Shown: one piece after another, positions 10,223 through 19,259 of the stretch
Layout of the letters: every line of letters begins with the position of its first letter
Numbering within the stretch: the first letter of the stretch is position 1
Source: Candidatus Heimdallarchaeota archaeon
GTDB taxonomy: Archaea; Asgardarchaeota; Heimdallarchaeia; JABLTI01
Assembly: GCA_019058165.1 (NCBI GenBank)
Contig: JAHLVZ010000037.1
Span: 1-23,455 of the forward strand
Length of the DNA: 23,455 nt
Direction: 5' to 3'
The notes under the pieces: generated by a model
Seen by the model: the letters and a program-made list of their open reading frames with translations, nothing else
The model's database searches: none
Told to the model about the DNA's origin: nothing
Made by a program: the position numbers and the translations under genes

Positions 10223-10454
10223 GTCAATAACTCTTCCATTAAGAAGTTCGGAGTACTACTACAATTAATAGAATAAATAAAAGTTTCTGTGAATTTTTTA
10301 ATGATTGTTTTATGAAAAAAAAGTGTTGAATGATATAAAACCTTTTTTATTAAAGGCGAAGAAGACCAAATTACTTAAGATGACGGATAGATTTAATCCA
10401 TAGATAGAATATTTGATCTGAAAAAAGCACCCAGTTAGATACAAGTGATGATTC

Positions 10455-11348
10455 ATGTCAAAAGCAGCTGAGTATTTACTTGAATTAGAGAAGAATGATT
10501 TTCGGTTATTAACAGCTGTAGAAGTGGGAATGCGGACAGCTGAGTATGTTTCAGTGGATTCTATGGTTGAATTTAGCAAACTCTCTCCTGATCAAGTCAT
10601 TAAAAGACTAGATAATCTTCATTACAAGGATCTTCTTCATCGTTGGAAAGGACAATTCACAGGTTATCAGTTGACACATCACGGATATGATGTTCTTGCA
10701 TTTCGAGCATTATCAGAGAGAGATACAATTATTGCAATAGGTAGAGAATTAGGGAAAGGAAAAGAATCCGATGTTTTTCTAGCTTATGATGAAGAACAAA
10801 ATACTTTGGTTGCAAAAATCCATCGAGTTGGCCGACCTAGTTTTCAAAGAAGCAAAAAACTCAGAGGATATCTTGGTTCAAAAGGGCACATTAATTGGTT
10901 ATATAAATCAAGATTATCAGCAGAAAGAGAACTACTTGGATTAAAGATTGCTAACAAAATAAAACTAAAAGCTCCGAAAGCTCTTGATGGTAACCGCCAC
11001 ATAGTAATTATGGAGTTTTTCGAAGGAACAGAACTAATGAACATTGGATTGAAAAATCCTTTGAAAATTTTTAATGGAATAATTTCTGAAACTAGAAAAT
11101 TATTTGTTAAAGGAAAAATTGTTCATGGAGATCTTTCAGAATATAATGTCATAATCACTCCAAAAGAAGATTTTCTGATAATTGATTTCCCACAATACGA
11201 GTCTGCCAAACATGTTAATGCAGGGGAATTACTTTATCGAGACATAAATAATATCTGCAAGTATTTTAAACGAAAATTCAAAGTGGAGTCTGACCCTCAA
11301 ACTATTTTTGAGATTATTATGGAAGAATATGAAAAACAAAAACAATGA
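10455..11348 (+). CDS. rio2: RIO-type serine/threonine protein kinase Rio2
   Basis: N-terminal winged-helix followed by an atypical kinase domain. It has a Lys-containing strand (LVAKIHR), the catalytic IVHGDLSEYNVII and the metal-binding IIDFPQ. Confidence 0.85.
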   Translation: MSKAAEYLLELEKNDFRLLTAVEVGMRTAEYVSVDSMVEFSKLSPDQVIKRLDNLHYKDLLHRWKGQFTGYQLTHHGYDVLAFRALSERDTIIAIGRELGKGKESDVFLAYDEEQNTLVAKIHRVGRPSFQRSKKLRGYLGSKGHINWLYKSRLSAERELLGLKIANKIKLKAPKALDGNRHIVIMEFFEGTELMNIGLKNPLKIFNGIISETRKLFVKGKIVHGDLSEYNVIITPKEDFLIIDFPQYESAKHVNAGELLYRDINNICKYFKRKFKVESDPQTIFEIIMEEYEKQKQ

Positions 11349-11435
11349 TTCATTTATTCCACGATTTTTCGGAAAAAACTTTTGTAAGACCGTGTATTAA
11401 CACCACTGGTAAATGAAAAAATAAAGGTGTCACAG

Positions 11436-12443
11436 ATGGGTTGGTTTTTTGGTCAAGCAATAAATGAAATAATTCAGAGCGTTTTCCCTGATTGGCTAAT
11501 AACAATTTTTCAAGGAATTGCATTCTTAGGAGATGCTATAGTCTACATTGTTATCTTGGCGATAGGATTCTGGATTTACAAAAAGAAAGAGGCAATTATA
11601 GCAATGTATGTCTTGTTAACATCAGTCTTTCTGAATTTCTTCTTAAAAACCCTAATACAAAAACCCAGGCCTACAAATAATATCCGGATTCCCGATGAAA
11701 TAGAGGGGTACAGTACTCCTTCAGGTCATGCTCAAAATTCAACTGCAGTATATGGATGGATTATGCTTTACTTTAAAAAAATCTGGTTATATATTGTAAC
11801 CCCAATTTTGGTTTTGTTGATTTGTCTTTCACGAATCGTTTTAGGAGTTCATTATATTGGCGATGTTATAATTGGATTTCTCATTGGTGCGGTGATATTA
11901 GCTGCACTATATTTCATAATGCCATATATTCTTAGGATAATTGATAGTTGGTCTGATAAAATGAAGATCATTGTTGGTGAATTATATGGTGTTGCCATTT
12001 TCATCATAACTTTTACTCAAGGATTATTTGGTAATTGGGATCCAGAAAATCTTACAAATAAGGTCATAGAAGATGATACTGCTCACATAGCCTCTGCATT
12101 ACTGTTCATACCTATACTTGTGTGGATAGAAGCAAAATTTGTCAAGATGAAAAATGACAATATTAATTGGTTAACCAAACTTCTTCGAGTAATCGTAGGA
12201 TTAGTCATTTTACTTGGTGCCTACTTTGGATTTTCAGAACTCTTCAAATTAATTGATACCACTGGATTAGCATTTATGGCTAGATATTCAGTTGATTATC
12301 TAATTAGATTTATCCGGTATTCTATACTTATTATTATAGCCGTCTTATTGTTACCACTATTGTTCGCTCGAGTGAAAATATTCTCTAAAGAAAAAGAAGC
12401 AATGGTAGAAACTAAGATAACAGAAAAAGGTGCTAAGGCATAG
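11436..12443 (+). CDS. PAP2-superfamily (type 2 phosphatidic acid phosphatase-like) integral membrane protein
   Basis: PAP2 motifs KPRPT (KxxxxxxRP), PSGH and SRIVLGVHYIGD (SRxxxxxHxxxD), plus about six further TM helices. The ATG at 11436 is preceded by AAGGTG. The track's GTG at 11427 is an alternative start. Confidence 0.75.
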   Translation: MGWFFGQAINEIIQSVFPDWLITIFQGIAFLGDAIVYIVILAIGFWIYKKKEAIIAMYVLLTSVFLNFFLKTLIQKPRPTNNIRIPDEIEGYSTPSGHAQNSTAVYGWIMLYFKKIWLYIVTPILVLLICLSRIVLGVHYIGDVIIGFLIGAVILAALYFIMPYILRIIDSWSDKMKIIVGELYGVAIFIITFTQGLFGNWDPENLTNKVIEDDTAHIASALLFIPILVWIEAKFVKMKNDNINWLTKLLRVIVGLVILLGAYFGFSELFKLIDTTGLAFMARYSVDYLIRFIRYSILIIIAVLLLPLLFARVKIFSKEKEAMVETKITEKGAKA

Positions 12444-13731
12444 ATTTGTCTTTAGCTTTTTTTCTTTCTATTATTTCATCAATTTCATCATATGATGTAC
12501 CTAATGCATAATCCAAAATTTCAGAAAAAAAGAATGTTGGTAAATATCTATCTGAGTATTCTCTTTGATGTACGGTGTAATTCATACTACAATTACCGCA
12601 ACCCATTACTATAGCATCAACTTGATGATTGAATAATGAATTAATTCTTTTTTTAGCTATTTCATGTGCTAAGCCTTCATCATATAGCAACATAGAAGAA
12701 CCACAACAAAATGATTCAAAAGGATATTTGATTGCAGTTACTGATGTAATAGATAATAGGTCTCTTAGCAAATCAGTACCTCTTGCTGAAGAAGGGAAGT
12801 ATTTTGCAGGACGTATAACTTGACATGGTACTTGTGTAACAATTCTTAGGAATCGCAAGTTTTGTATTTGTTTAGGATTTATCAAAGATTCTATTCTTGT
12901 TTGCATTTGTTTCTTTAAAAGAAATTCAGAGAGATGCTCAATTATTATATCTCCAGAGTAGACTAGTGATACTTTTGCCAAGTATTTGTTAACAAGTTTA
13001 AGTTTTTCTTTATCCTCTGAAAGAATTTGATTCCCTCGTCTTAAATTTCCAGAACACCCACCACAGAGACTAATGATTTTATTGTATCCATATTTTTCTG
13101 CGATTGCCAGATTATATGCAGTAATAGTTAACCAGAGGTTTTCTGACTGCGATTCAGTCATAATTGATCCGCAACATGCAAAAGGCAGATCTCTATACTT
13201 TACACTTAATTTATCCAGTAATCGTCTTGCAGACAATTCATAATTTGGAACTCTATAAGGAATTAAGCAACCCAAGAAAAATGCTACTTCATCTTTCTCT
13301 TTTTTACTATAATCCGAGTTTATATCAAAATCTATCTTTGATTGATTCTCAACCAATTCCCCTAAAACATCTTTTAACAAAAAATTGAAGCTCTTCAGCT
13401 CTGGCAAAGGTAATAATGGTAAACCATAGTCTAATCTGAATTCTCGTATTGGTTGATTTAAATCAAATAGAAAGCCATATTTTCTTAATTTTTGGAGAGG
13501 TTCGGTCATTCTTTTTGAATGCTGTTCATGAGTTCTTCTCTGATCAATTGCATATTGCCTTGGAGAATAATCTGGACAAATATCTTCACAATAAAAACAT
13601 GAAGTGCAGTACCACTTATCACCCTCATCTTGAGTTATTGGAATAGCTCCTTCACCTTTATCAGCTACTGTGACAGGGCATGCTTTGCATTTGTAAAGAT
13701 CATCGCATTCTTCGTATGGCATAATAATCAA
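12433..13731 (-). CDS. CCG-domain Fe-S oxidoreductase (HdrD/GlcF/GlpC-like)
   Basis: N-terminal ferredoxin-like Cys clusters (CKACP...CTSCFYCEDICP). Two Cys-rich CCG-type regions (FFLGCL...CCGS and VMGCGNCS/CCGS). Confidence 0.7.
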   Translation of the reverse strand: MIIMPYEECDDLYKCKACPVTVADKGEGAIPITQDEGDKWYCTSCFYCEDICPDYSPRQYAIDQRRTHEQHSKRMTEPLQKLRKYGFLFDLNQPIREFRLDYGLPLLPLPELKSFNFLLKDVLGELVENQSKIDFDINSDYSKKEKDEVAFFLGCLIPYRVPNYELSARRLLDKLSVKYRDLPFACCGSIMTESQSENLWLTITAYNLAIAEKYGYNKIISLCGGCSGNLRRGNQILSEDKEKLKLVNKYLAKVSLVYSGDIIIEHLSEFLLKKQMQTRIESLINPKQIQNLRFLRIVTQVPCQVIRPAKYFPSSARGTDLLRDLLSITSVTAIKYPFESFCCGSSMLLYDEGLAHEIAKKRINSLFNHQVDAIVMGCGNCSMNYTVHQREYSDRYLPTFFFSEILDYALGTSYDEIDEIIERKKAKDKSMP

Positions 13732-13822
13732 TGACTAATTCTAATTACCTATCATGTATAATAATTTCTCTTTCTAAGTGAAAACAAAGTTTCAAAAAAT
13801 CTTAACGTGATAAAAAATAGGA

Positions 13823-14155
13823 TTAAAGCTTTTCGAGTTCGATTTCTGATGAAAGCAATTGGTTTAATTCATTACATAATTCTAGATTGATAGCATTCTC
13901 AGCATCCGATAAGTAAAGTGTTAAGCATTCTTTCACTGTTTCAATTTCAGGCAAATAGGTTTTCCCAAAAGTAATAGCAGCTGTTAATTGCTCCCCTCCC
14001 TCATGTACGTAAGCATTTTCTCCAATTTTCACATAGCCAGCAGTACGCAATAATTTGTCGAAAAGTGTTTCAAATTTCTTTGGCTTTGAAACAAAGCAAG
14101 TGATGATCATTGGAAATCGAATAGTGCTCAATCTCGCGTCACTTTCCCTAAACAT
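13823..14155 (-). CDS. Small hypothetical protein, possibly ferredoxin-like/P-II-like fold
   Basis: 110 aa. The segment MIITCFVSKPKKFETLFDKLLRTAGYVKIGE has a pattern loosely like P-II/CutA N-termini. There is no strong SD, so it may be leaderless. I cannot assign it further from sequence alone. Confidence 0.3.
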   Translation of the reverse strand: MFRESDARLSTIRFPMIITCFVSKPKKFETLFDKLLRTAGYVKIGENAYVHEGGEQLTAAITFGKTYLPEIETVKECLTLYLSDAENAINLELCNELNQLLSSEIELEKL

Positions 14156-14298
14156 TCGTTATAATATGGTATTTTGGATTAAATTTGTTTCTAGGATAAA
14201 ACATTGGTTTCCTTGGAAAAAGGTTACTGGGTATCCAAAAAGTAAAAAGATAAGAAGCTCCTTGTCCATTAATGGATTGAGCTATTCGGTGTAAAAAT

Positions 14299-15624
14299 AT
14301 GAAGCAAATCCAAGTTACGGTTCCTGCTGGAGATGGGAATGAATTAGTGAAAAGCTTAGATGAAGTTGTTTCTCCCTCTCAAATCACTCATGTTAAAGGC
14401 AGTGATTTCAGCTTAATTTTGATTACTGTATCCCCAAATAGAACTGGTTTTGTGTTGGATCATCTCATAGATTTAGGGATTGGAAGAGTAAAAGGTAGAA
14501 TATCCATCACAGATGTTGAAGCAACTATTCCGAGGATTAGGCCTAGAAAACAGGATCGATTCCTCAGAAGAATATCGATTGAGGAATTGGAGGAAAATGT
14601 TTCATCCTTAACAAAAATGAACTTTAATTTTATTTCCTGGACAATTTTATCCTCAATACTTGCAGCATTAGGACTTGTTGGAGATGATAATGTAACGCTA
14701 ATTGCTTCTATGATTATTGCTCCATTAATGGGTCCCTTAGTAGCTCTAGCATTCGGGGCTGTAACTTCTAACCAAAAAATTCTACGGGAAGGGGTTATTA
14801 CTTCTAGTGTTGGCATTCTAATTACTATAACAATTGGTATAATAATTGGTTCATTTTATAGATTTACTTTATCCGAGCCTAGTACTTTTATCATTGCTCG
14901 AGGGGAACCAAATGTTGTAAATCTAGTAATTGCCATTGCATCTGGTTTAACTGCAGGAATTTGTTTTGTAAGCGGAACTTCACTTGCCTTAGTGGGTGTT
15001 GCTGCTGCAGCTGCTCTTTTACCTGTTTCTGTTAATATTGGAATAGCACTTGTTTTAGCTGAATGGCAAATTGCTTTAGGAAGTTTAGTATTATTCATTA
15101 CTAATGTTATTTGCGTAATTCTCGGTTGTATGGTTGTTTTTTGGATCAGAAAAGTGGAACCACCTCAAGCAGTGAAAAAAATCAAAGCACGTAGAACATT
15201 ACGAAATCAGATAATAGCATCTGTTTTAGTCCTGTTAGTAGTGGCATATCCAATTGTCCAAACTTCTGTGCAAATCATACGGAAATGGCGTTATCAAACA
15301 TTTGCAAATGAAGCTATGAATGATTATATTCGTCCCTTGGATGGTGTCATTTATCCTCCAGAAGTAGTTGATGTTATTATTGGTGGGGGGATTTTTGGTG
15401 GTTACACAGTAGATATAACAATCCGCATATTTTCAACAAAAGAACTACCTAATTCAACGTATACAAATCTGAAAATCTCAATTGAAGGAAGAGCTAATCA
15501 TGGCATACGGACGCTGAAACTCGAAGTAGTATTAATTCAAAGTTTTGACACAAGTATATCTCCACGATACGTTTTACCATATAATTGTGTACCACTGCTA
15601 AATTTGTATAATCTTATCAACTAA
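14299..15624 (+). CDS. DUF389-family (TIGR00341-like) integral membrane protein with soluble N-terminal domain
   Basis: Multi-TM core with IAPLMGPLVALAFG and Gly/Ala-rich helices characteristic of DUF389. An ~100-aa N-terminal soluble region and a C-terminal ~120-aa soluble region. Confidence 0.55.
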   Translation: MKQIQVTVPAGDGNELVKSLDEVVSPSQITHVKGSDFSLILITVSPNRTGFVLDHLIDLGIGRVKGRISITDVEATIPRIRPRKQDRFLRRISIEELEENVSSLTKMNFNFISWTILSSILAALGLVGDDNVTLIASMIIAPLMGPLVALAFGAVTSNQKILREGVITSSVGILITITIGIIIGSFYRFTLSEPSTFIIARGEPNVVNLVIAIASGLTAGICFVSGTSLALVGVAAAAALLPVSVNIGIALVLAEWQIALGSLVLFITNVICVILGCMVVFWIRKVEPPQAVKKIKARRTLRNQIIASVLVLLVVAYPIVQTSVQIIRKWRYQTFANEAMNDYIRPLDGVIYPPEVVDVIIGGGIFGGYTVDITIRIFSTKELPNSTYTNLKISIEGRANHGIRTLKLEVVLIQSFDTSISPRYVLPYNCVPLLNLYNLIN

Positions 15625-15644
15625 TCAAAAAGAACAAGTTAGTC

Positions 15645-16439
15645 CTATGAAACACCTTCAACGGAAAGATTATACCGTTTTAATAACGCTGCAATTTCTT
15701 CAAGTTCTGTGACAGTTCTAGAAGTCAGTTTCTTCTTATATAAATGGGAGTTTAAATTAGCTGCTGCACGATTAATTTCATGCTTTCTCCAAACAGACAT
15801 CTCAGGATCAGCTAAGAGAGAATAAAGTATTTTCTTTTTCTTATCAGCAATTAAGAAAACATCTCGATGCATAATTTCCTTACCAATTAATTCCTTAATT
15901 ACCCCTTTATCAATGACTGTGAAAACTCTTGGAAGGACCCCTTGAAAAAGCATATTCATCTTTCTGTAAACGTTGCTGAGGTTATTAGGGTGTAAATCCT
16001 TATCATAATTTATCTCTCGAGAGATAATATTGAAGTATGGTTCAATTAATCCATAGGAATCCAAAATCAACCTTGTATGTTCGACATTGTAAATTAAAAA
16101 TAAAACACAAAAACGACCGAAGGTTCTAATTCTATGATCGGTGGAATCTTCCGCTTTAACAACAAAAGATATTGCAAGTGCTTTTAGGGTAGCTCTATCT
16201 TTAATCGGGAAAGGACCAAATTGTTGTATAGTTGATCTCCTTTCCTCATCATCATTTATATCCTCAATGGCATCAAGGGGATTATCTAATCCAATAACTG
16301 TCATGCCTTTTATTGCTAAAATCATTGCTTCGTCATCAGCTAATTCTGTGTTATTAAAAACAGTATCAGGACCACTATCAGCAAAGGATGAAACTATAAT
16401 ACCAACTAGTTTTGGATCGTACTGCCCATCTATATCCAT
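15645..16439 (-). CDS. Hypothetical protein (265 aa from the MDIDGQ Met); possible tandem roadblock/LC7-like folds
   Basis: The ORF track extends it to 16625. The first 62 codons (ITNKRFSYVKQKNISNF...) are low-complexity AT-rich translation with no SD. The ATG at 16437-16439 has GGAG about 10 nt upstream. The KLVGIIVSSFADSGPDTVF...AMILAIKGM segment is loosely roadblock-like. Confidence 0.4.
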   Translation of the reverse strand: MDIDGQYDPKLVGIIVSSFADSGPDTVFNNTELADDEAMILAIKGMTVIGLDNPLDAIEDINDDEERRSTIQQFGPFPIKDRATLKALAISFVVKAEDSTDHRIRTFGRFCVLFLIYNVEHTRLILDSYGLIEPYFNIISREINYDKDLHPNNLSNVYRKMNMLFQGVLPRVFTVIDKGVIKELIGKEIMHRDVFLIADKKKKILYSLLADPEMSVWRKHEINRAAANLNSHLYKKKLTSRTVTELEEIAALLKRYNLSVEGVS

Positions 16440-16778
16440 TTTTTCTATACTCCGATGATTTAAGATTCGAGAACCGACGTAAATCGTTATAATAATATTA
16501 CATATTCTGTAGCTAGGGTTTATATTCCTTTTCAATGGAACATAAATGAGAAGTCTTGAAAAGACAGCAAAATTCGAAATATTTTTTTGTTTTACATAAG
16601 AAAATCTCTTGTTTGTAATTGCCACAACAAAAATTCTTTAAATTTGATTGAACAGAATAGTATGAAGGCAAGAAACAATCTCTCAGGAGTTTCTGTTGAT
16701 TGCTAAACCAAAATCAATTAAGTGAGTAATGTCTAATTAATCACAAGAAAATTGAGAAATACAGATGGTTGTTAAAGA

Positions 16779-17228
16779 ATGAAAATGATCCTAAAAAGAA
16801 AGAAAGCAGTCTCTCCAGTTATTGCAACAATTCTTTTAATTGCTTTAACTGTTACTGCTGCGGCAATCGTATATTTTGTTGTTGTACCTTTATTACAGTC
16901 TAATCCAGAATTAGCCTACACAGAAAACGGCAAAGTTGCAGGAACAAGCAATAAATACGAAGTTACAATTGTGAACAATGGTGGCGCAGAAGCTAACCTA
17001 GCTGGTTTAACCGCTTTTACATTTACTAATACAACTGATGATTACAATCCAACACATGTTTATTATTCAATATCAACGGAAATTACAACGTGGCCGTATG
17101 TTATTGCACAAGGCGAAACAGTGACACTCATATTTGAAATGTCAGGTGCTTTCACAAGTGGCAGTCAATATACCTTTACCCTAGCATACGATAATGGTAG
17201 AACATTCGAATTTAGTTTTACCTATTAA
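16779..17228 (+). CDS. Archaeal type IV pilin-like protein with class III signal peptide (Pilin_N) and C-terminal beta-sandwich-like domain
   Basis: MKMILKRKKAVSPVIATILLIALTVTAAAIVYFVV is a textbook archaeal prepilin N-terminus (basic stretch, then A/G-VSPVI-hydrophobic helix). The C-terminal region is Thr/Asn-rich and predicted beta-rich. Confidence 0.8.
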   Translation: MKMILKRKKAVSPVIATILLIALTVTAAAIVYFVVVPLLQSNPELAYTENGKVAGTSNKYEVTIVNNGGAEANLAGLTAFTFTNTTDDYNPTHVYYSISTEITTWPYVIAQGETVTLIFEMSGAFTSGSQYTFTLAYDNGRTFEFSFTY

Positions 17229-17266
17229 GAATGATTTATTCATTCTTTTCTTCTTTTTCTTAATTT
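17227..17266 (+). terminator. Hairpin plus T-tract terminator after pilin gene 1
   Basis: AAGAATGA-TTTA-TCATTCTT forms an 8-bp perfect stem that overlaps the stop codon. It is followed by TTTCTTCTTTTTCTT. Confidence 0.5.
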
Positions 17267-17289
17267 TACAGTGATTGGATGAGAGTATA

Positions 17290-17717
17290 ATGGATAAAAG
17301 AAATAAAATCATATTAACAACATTAGTTATTGTGTTTTAGTTATTAGTATTTCACTCGTTTATTTTTTAGCAGAACAAAGATATACATGCTGTACTAATT
17401 TAATTTACACTTCGTATTCGCATCCTAATAATTCAACCAATCATTTTAGCGTCACTCTATTTGGTGCTGGAACATATGAAACCACAATAACAAATTTAAC
17501 TCGCTTTTGGTTCACTAATGCTAGTGATACTTACAATCCAATCAAAGCGTATGGTAATGGAACGGAAATTTCTTTTCCACTAATAATACTACCTGAAACA
17601 GAAGTTAATATAACACTTGAATTAAATTGGCATTTTACTGTTGGTTCACAATATATTTTTGTACTCGAATATGATTCTGGAAAAGAACTTCAAATTACTT
17701 TTATTGCCAATAGGTAA
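17290..17717 (+). pseudogene. Frameshifted paralog of the upstream pilin-like gene
   Basis: ATG at 17290 gives MDKRNKIILTTLVIVF, then a stop at 17338-17340. Another frame is open from 17307 to 17717 with no start codon. It encodes ...NHFSVTLFGAGTYETTITNLTRFWFTNASDTYNPIKAYGNGTEISFPLIILPETEVNITLELNWHFTVGSQYIFVLEYDSGKELQITFIANR. This aligns with pilin 1 (NKYEVTIVNNGGAEANLAGLTAFTFTNTTDDYNP...GETVTLIFEMSGAFTSGSQYTFTLAYDNGRTFEFSFTY). Joining the two frames requires a frameshift in 17307-17340. Confidence 0.55.
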
Positions 17718-17948
17718 ACCTTTACTGGATAAGACTTTTACTTAGAAAAACAATTATTTATTTAAACATACACGAAAATAAAGAATCCCAGTTTTTATTT
17801 ACATTTATATACTCATACAACCCATATCTAGACAAGTAAAAGTTCTAAATGAAAATTCGTCTTTTCCATTAGAAAAAGGACTTGAAAAACAAAGACTTTT
17901 ACAGTTGTTATATACTCAATTTATTTAAGAGGGGAAACAAGAAAAAAG

Positions 17949-19190
17949 ATGGCTCTACAAACAACAATAGGAATTATAGTTGCAGGAGTATGTGGTTTAG
18001 CGTTATTGTTTTTAATTTTCTTGATTAGTAGATATCGTAAATTCAAAACTAATGAGTATGTAATCAGGTTCAGAAATGGAAAAATTAGATCAGCAGGCAA
18101 GGGTGGAAGATGCTTTCTCATGCCAATTATTGATGAAATAGTTGTTATACCAACAACCACTCAGCAAACATTTCTCGAGGCAAGAGAAAAAGTTCTTTCC
18201 AGAGAATTTCAAGACGTCGCAGTTAATGCTTTTGTTTTTTGGAAAGTAGTTAAGCCTGATGTTGCCTTTACTGCTGTTTCTTGGAATGAACGTGAATCAG
18301 ACTACATTGAAACAATTATTAAAAACGCTGCTGAAAGCATAATTCGTACAACTTGTGCAAATATGGCTTTGGAATCAATTATTAGGGAAAGGTATGAAAT
18401 TATTTCTGCTGTGTCCAAAGAATTACATGATTTACTCGCTGATATGGGTATTGTAGTCATATCTGTTGAAATTAGAGATGTGGAAGTTTTAAATAAAACT
18501 CTTAAAACAAATATGGAAGCTACAAAACAAATTAACGAGGAAGAAACTGCAAGATTAAGAAGAGCAGGAATGGAAGAAGTTACTAGACTTAGAGACTTAG
18601 AAGTTTCACGAAAAACTGGCCTTCAAGAACAAGAAGTTCAATTACAAATTCAAAAAGAAGCGAAGGGCAGAGAAATCCAAGTACAAAAACTTGAGCTGAA
18701 TAGAACTGAAATTGAAGCTGACACTCATAGAAGAAGAGTAACCATTGAAGCTGATGCAGAACAAACAAGAATGAAGAAGATTGCTGATGGTGAACGTGCT
18801 CAACTGATTGCTAGGGCTCAAGGTGAAGCAGCAGCTGTTAAGGAGAAACTAATAGCTGAAGCTGATGGTATCCTTGAACAAGTTAAATCGTTGGCACAAG
18901 CTGATCCAAAATTCTTCCAACTTAAAATAGTAGAAATGCTCCCAGAAATTTACGGTCAACTAGAAGTTGATAAAATGTTTATAATGGGCGATGGACAAAA
19001 AGCATTTTCAAGTTTAGCAGAATCAATTATTCCATTTTTAACAGTATTACCTGAACTCACAGGTAGAAGTTTAGATTTCTCAAAAGTAATAACTGAAGGA
19101 AAATCTCTCAATCCAGGGAACCCTGAAAAACCAGCAAAGAAAACAAAAACAACAACTACTACTGCAGCTAAAAAAGAAACGAAAAAGTAG
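17949..19190 (+). CDS. SPFH/band-7 domain protein, flotillin-like (YqiK/FloT-type)
   Basis: N-terminal TM helix, then an SPFH domain (IRFRNGKIRSAGKGGRCFLMPIIDEIVVIP...), then a long Glu/Ala/Gln-rich coiled coil (EAKGREIQVQKLELNRTEIEAD...AQGEAAAVKEKLIAEADG) typical of the flotillin domain. Lys/Thr-rich tail. GAGGGG sits upstream of the ATG. Confidence 0.85.
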   Translation: MALQTTIGIIVAGVCGLALLFLIFLISRYRKFKTNEYVIRFRNGKIRSAGKGGRCFLMPIIDEIVVIPTTTQQTFLEAREKVLSREFQDVAVNAFVFWKVVKPDVAFTAVSWNERESDYIETIIKNAAESIIRTTCANMALESIIRERYEIISAVSKELHDLLADMGIVVISVEIRDVEVLNKTLKTNMEATKQINEEETARLRRAGMEEVTRLRDLEVSRKTGLQEQEVQLQIQKEAKGREIQVQKLELNRTEIEADTHRRRVTIEADAEQTRMKKIADGERAQLIARAQGEAAAVKEKLIAEADGILEQVKSLAQADPKFFQLKIVEMLPEIYGQLEVDKMFIMGDGQKAFSSLAESIIPFLTVLPELTGRSLDFSKVITEGKSLNPGNPEKPAKKTKTTTTTAAKKETKK

Positions 19191-19193
19191 TTG

Positions 19194-19259
19194 CATGGTT
19201 TTATTAAAACCATGAGCTCTCCATTTGGAGAGTTTTAATTGGAGAGAACTATTCTCTCC
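19194..19259 (+). promoter_or_regulatory. Three consecutive hairpins in the flotillin-NfeD spacer
   Basis: First: perfect 21-bp palindrome CATGGTTTTA-T-TAAAACCATG at 19194-19214. Second: CTCTCC-ATTT-GGAGAG at 19217-19232. Third: GGAGAGAA-CTA-TTCTCTCC at 19241-19259. The second and third share GGAGAG/CTCTCC arms, so alternative mutually exclusive pairings are possible. Confidence 0.5.

Noticed and set aside
14460-15098. Minus-strand ORFs 14460-14816 and 14856-15098
   Set aside because: They are antisense to the DUF389 membrane protein gene. The Ala/Thr/Pro-rich translation is typical of the reverse frame of a hydrophobic gene.
16440-16625. N-terminal 62 codons of the track's 326-aa ORF (MAITNKRFSYVKQKNISNF...)
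   Set aside because: Low-complexity AT-rich translation with no SD. The downstream ATG (MDIDGQ) has a GGAG at reasonable spacing, so I trimmed the gene to 15645-16439. The longer form cannot be fully excluded.
17921-18160. Minus-strand 79-aa ORF overlapping the flotillin start
   Set aside because: It overlaps the 5' end of a well-supported SPFH gene, has no domain, and is hydrophobic antisense translation.
19150-19190. Lys/Thr-rich C-terminal tail of flotillin (KKTKTTTTTAAKKETKK) as a separate feature
   Set aside because: Low-complexity basic tails are common at SPFH/flotillin C-termini, and I see no independent signal, so I did not score it as a finding.
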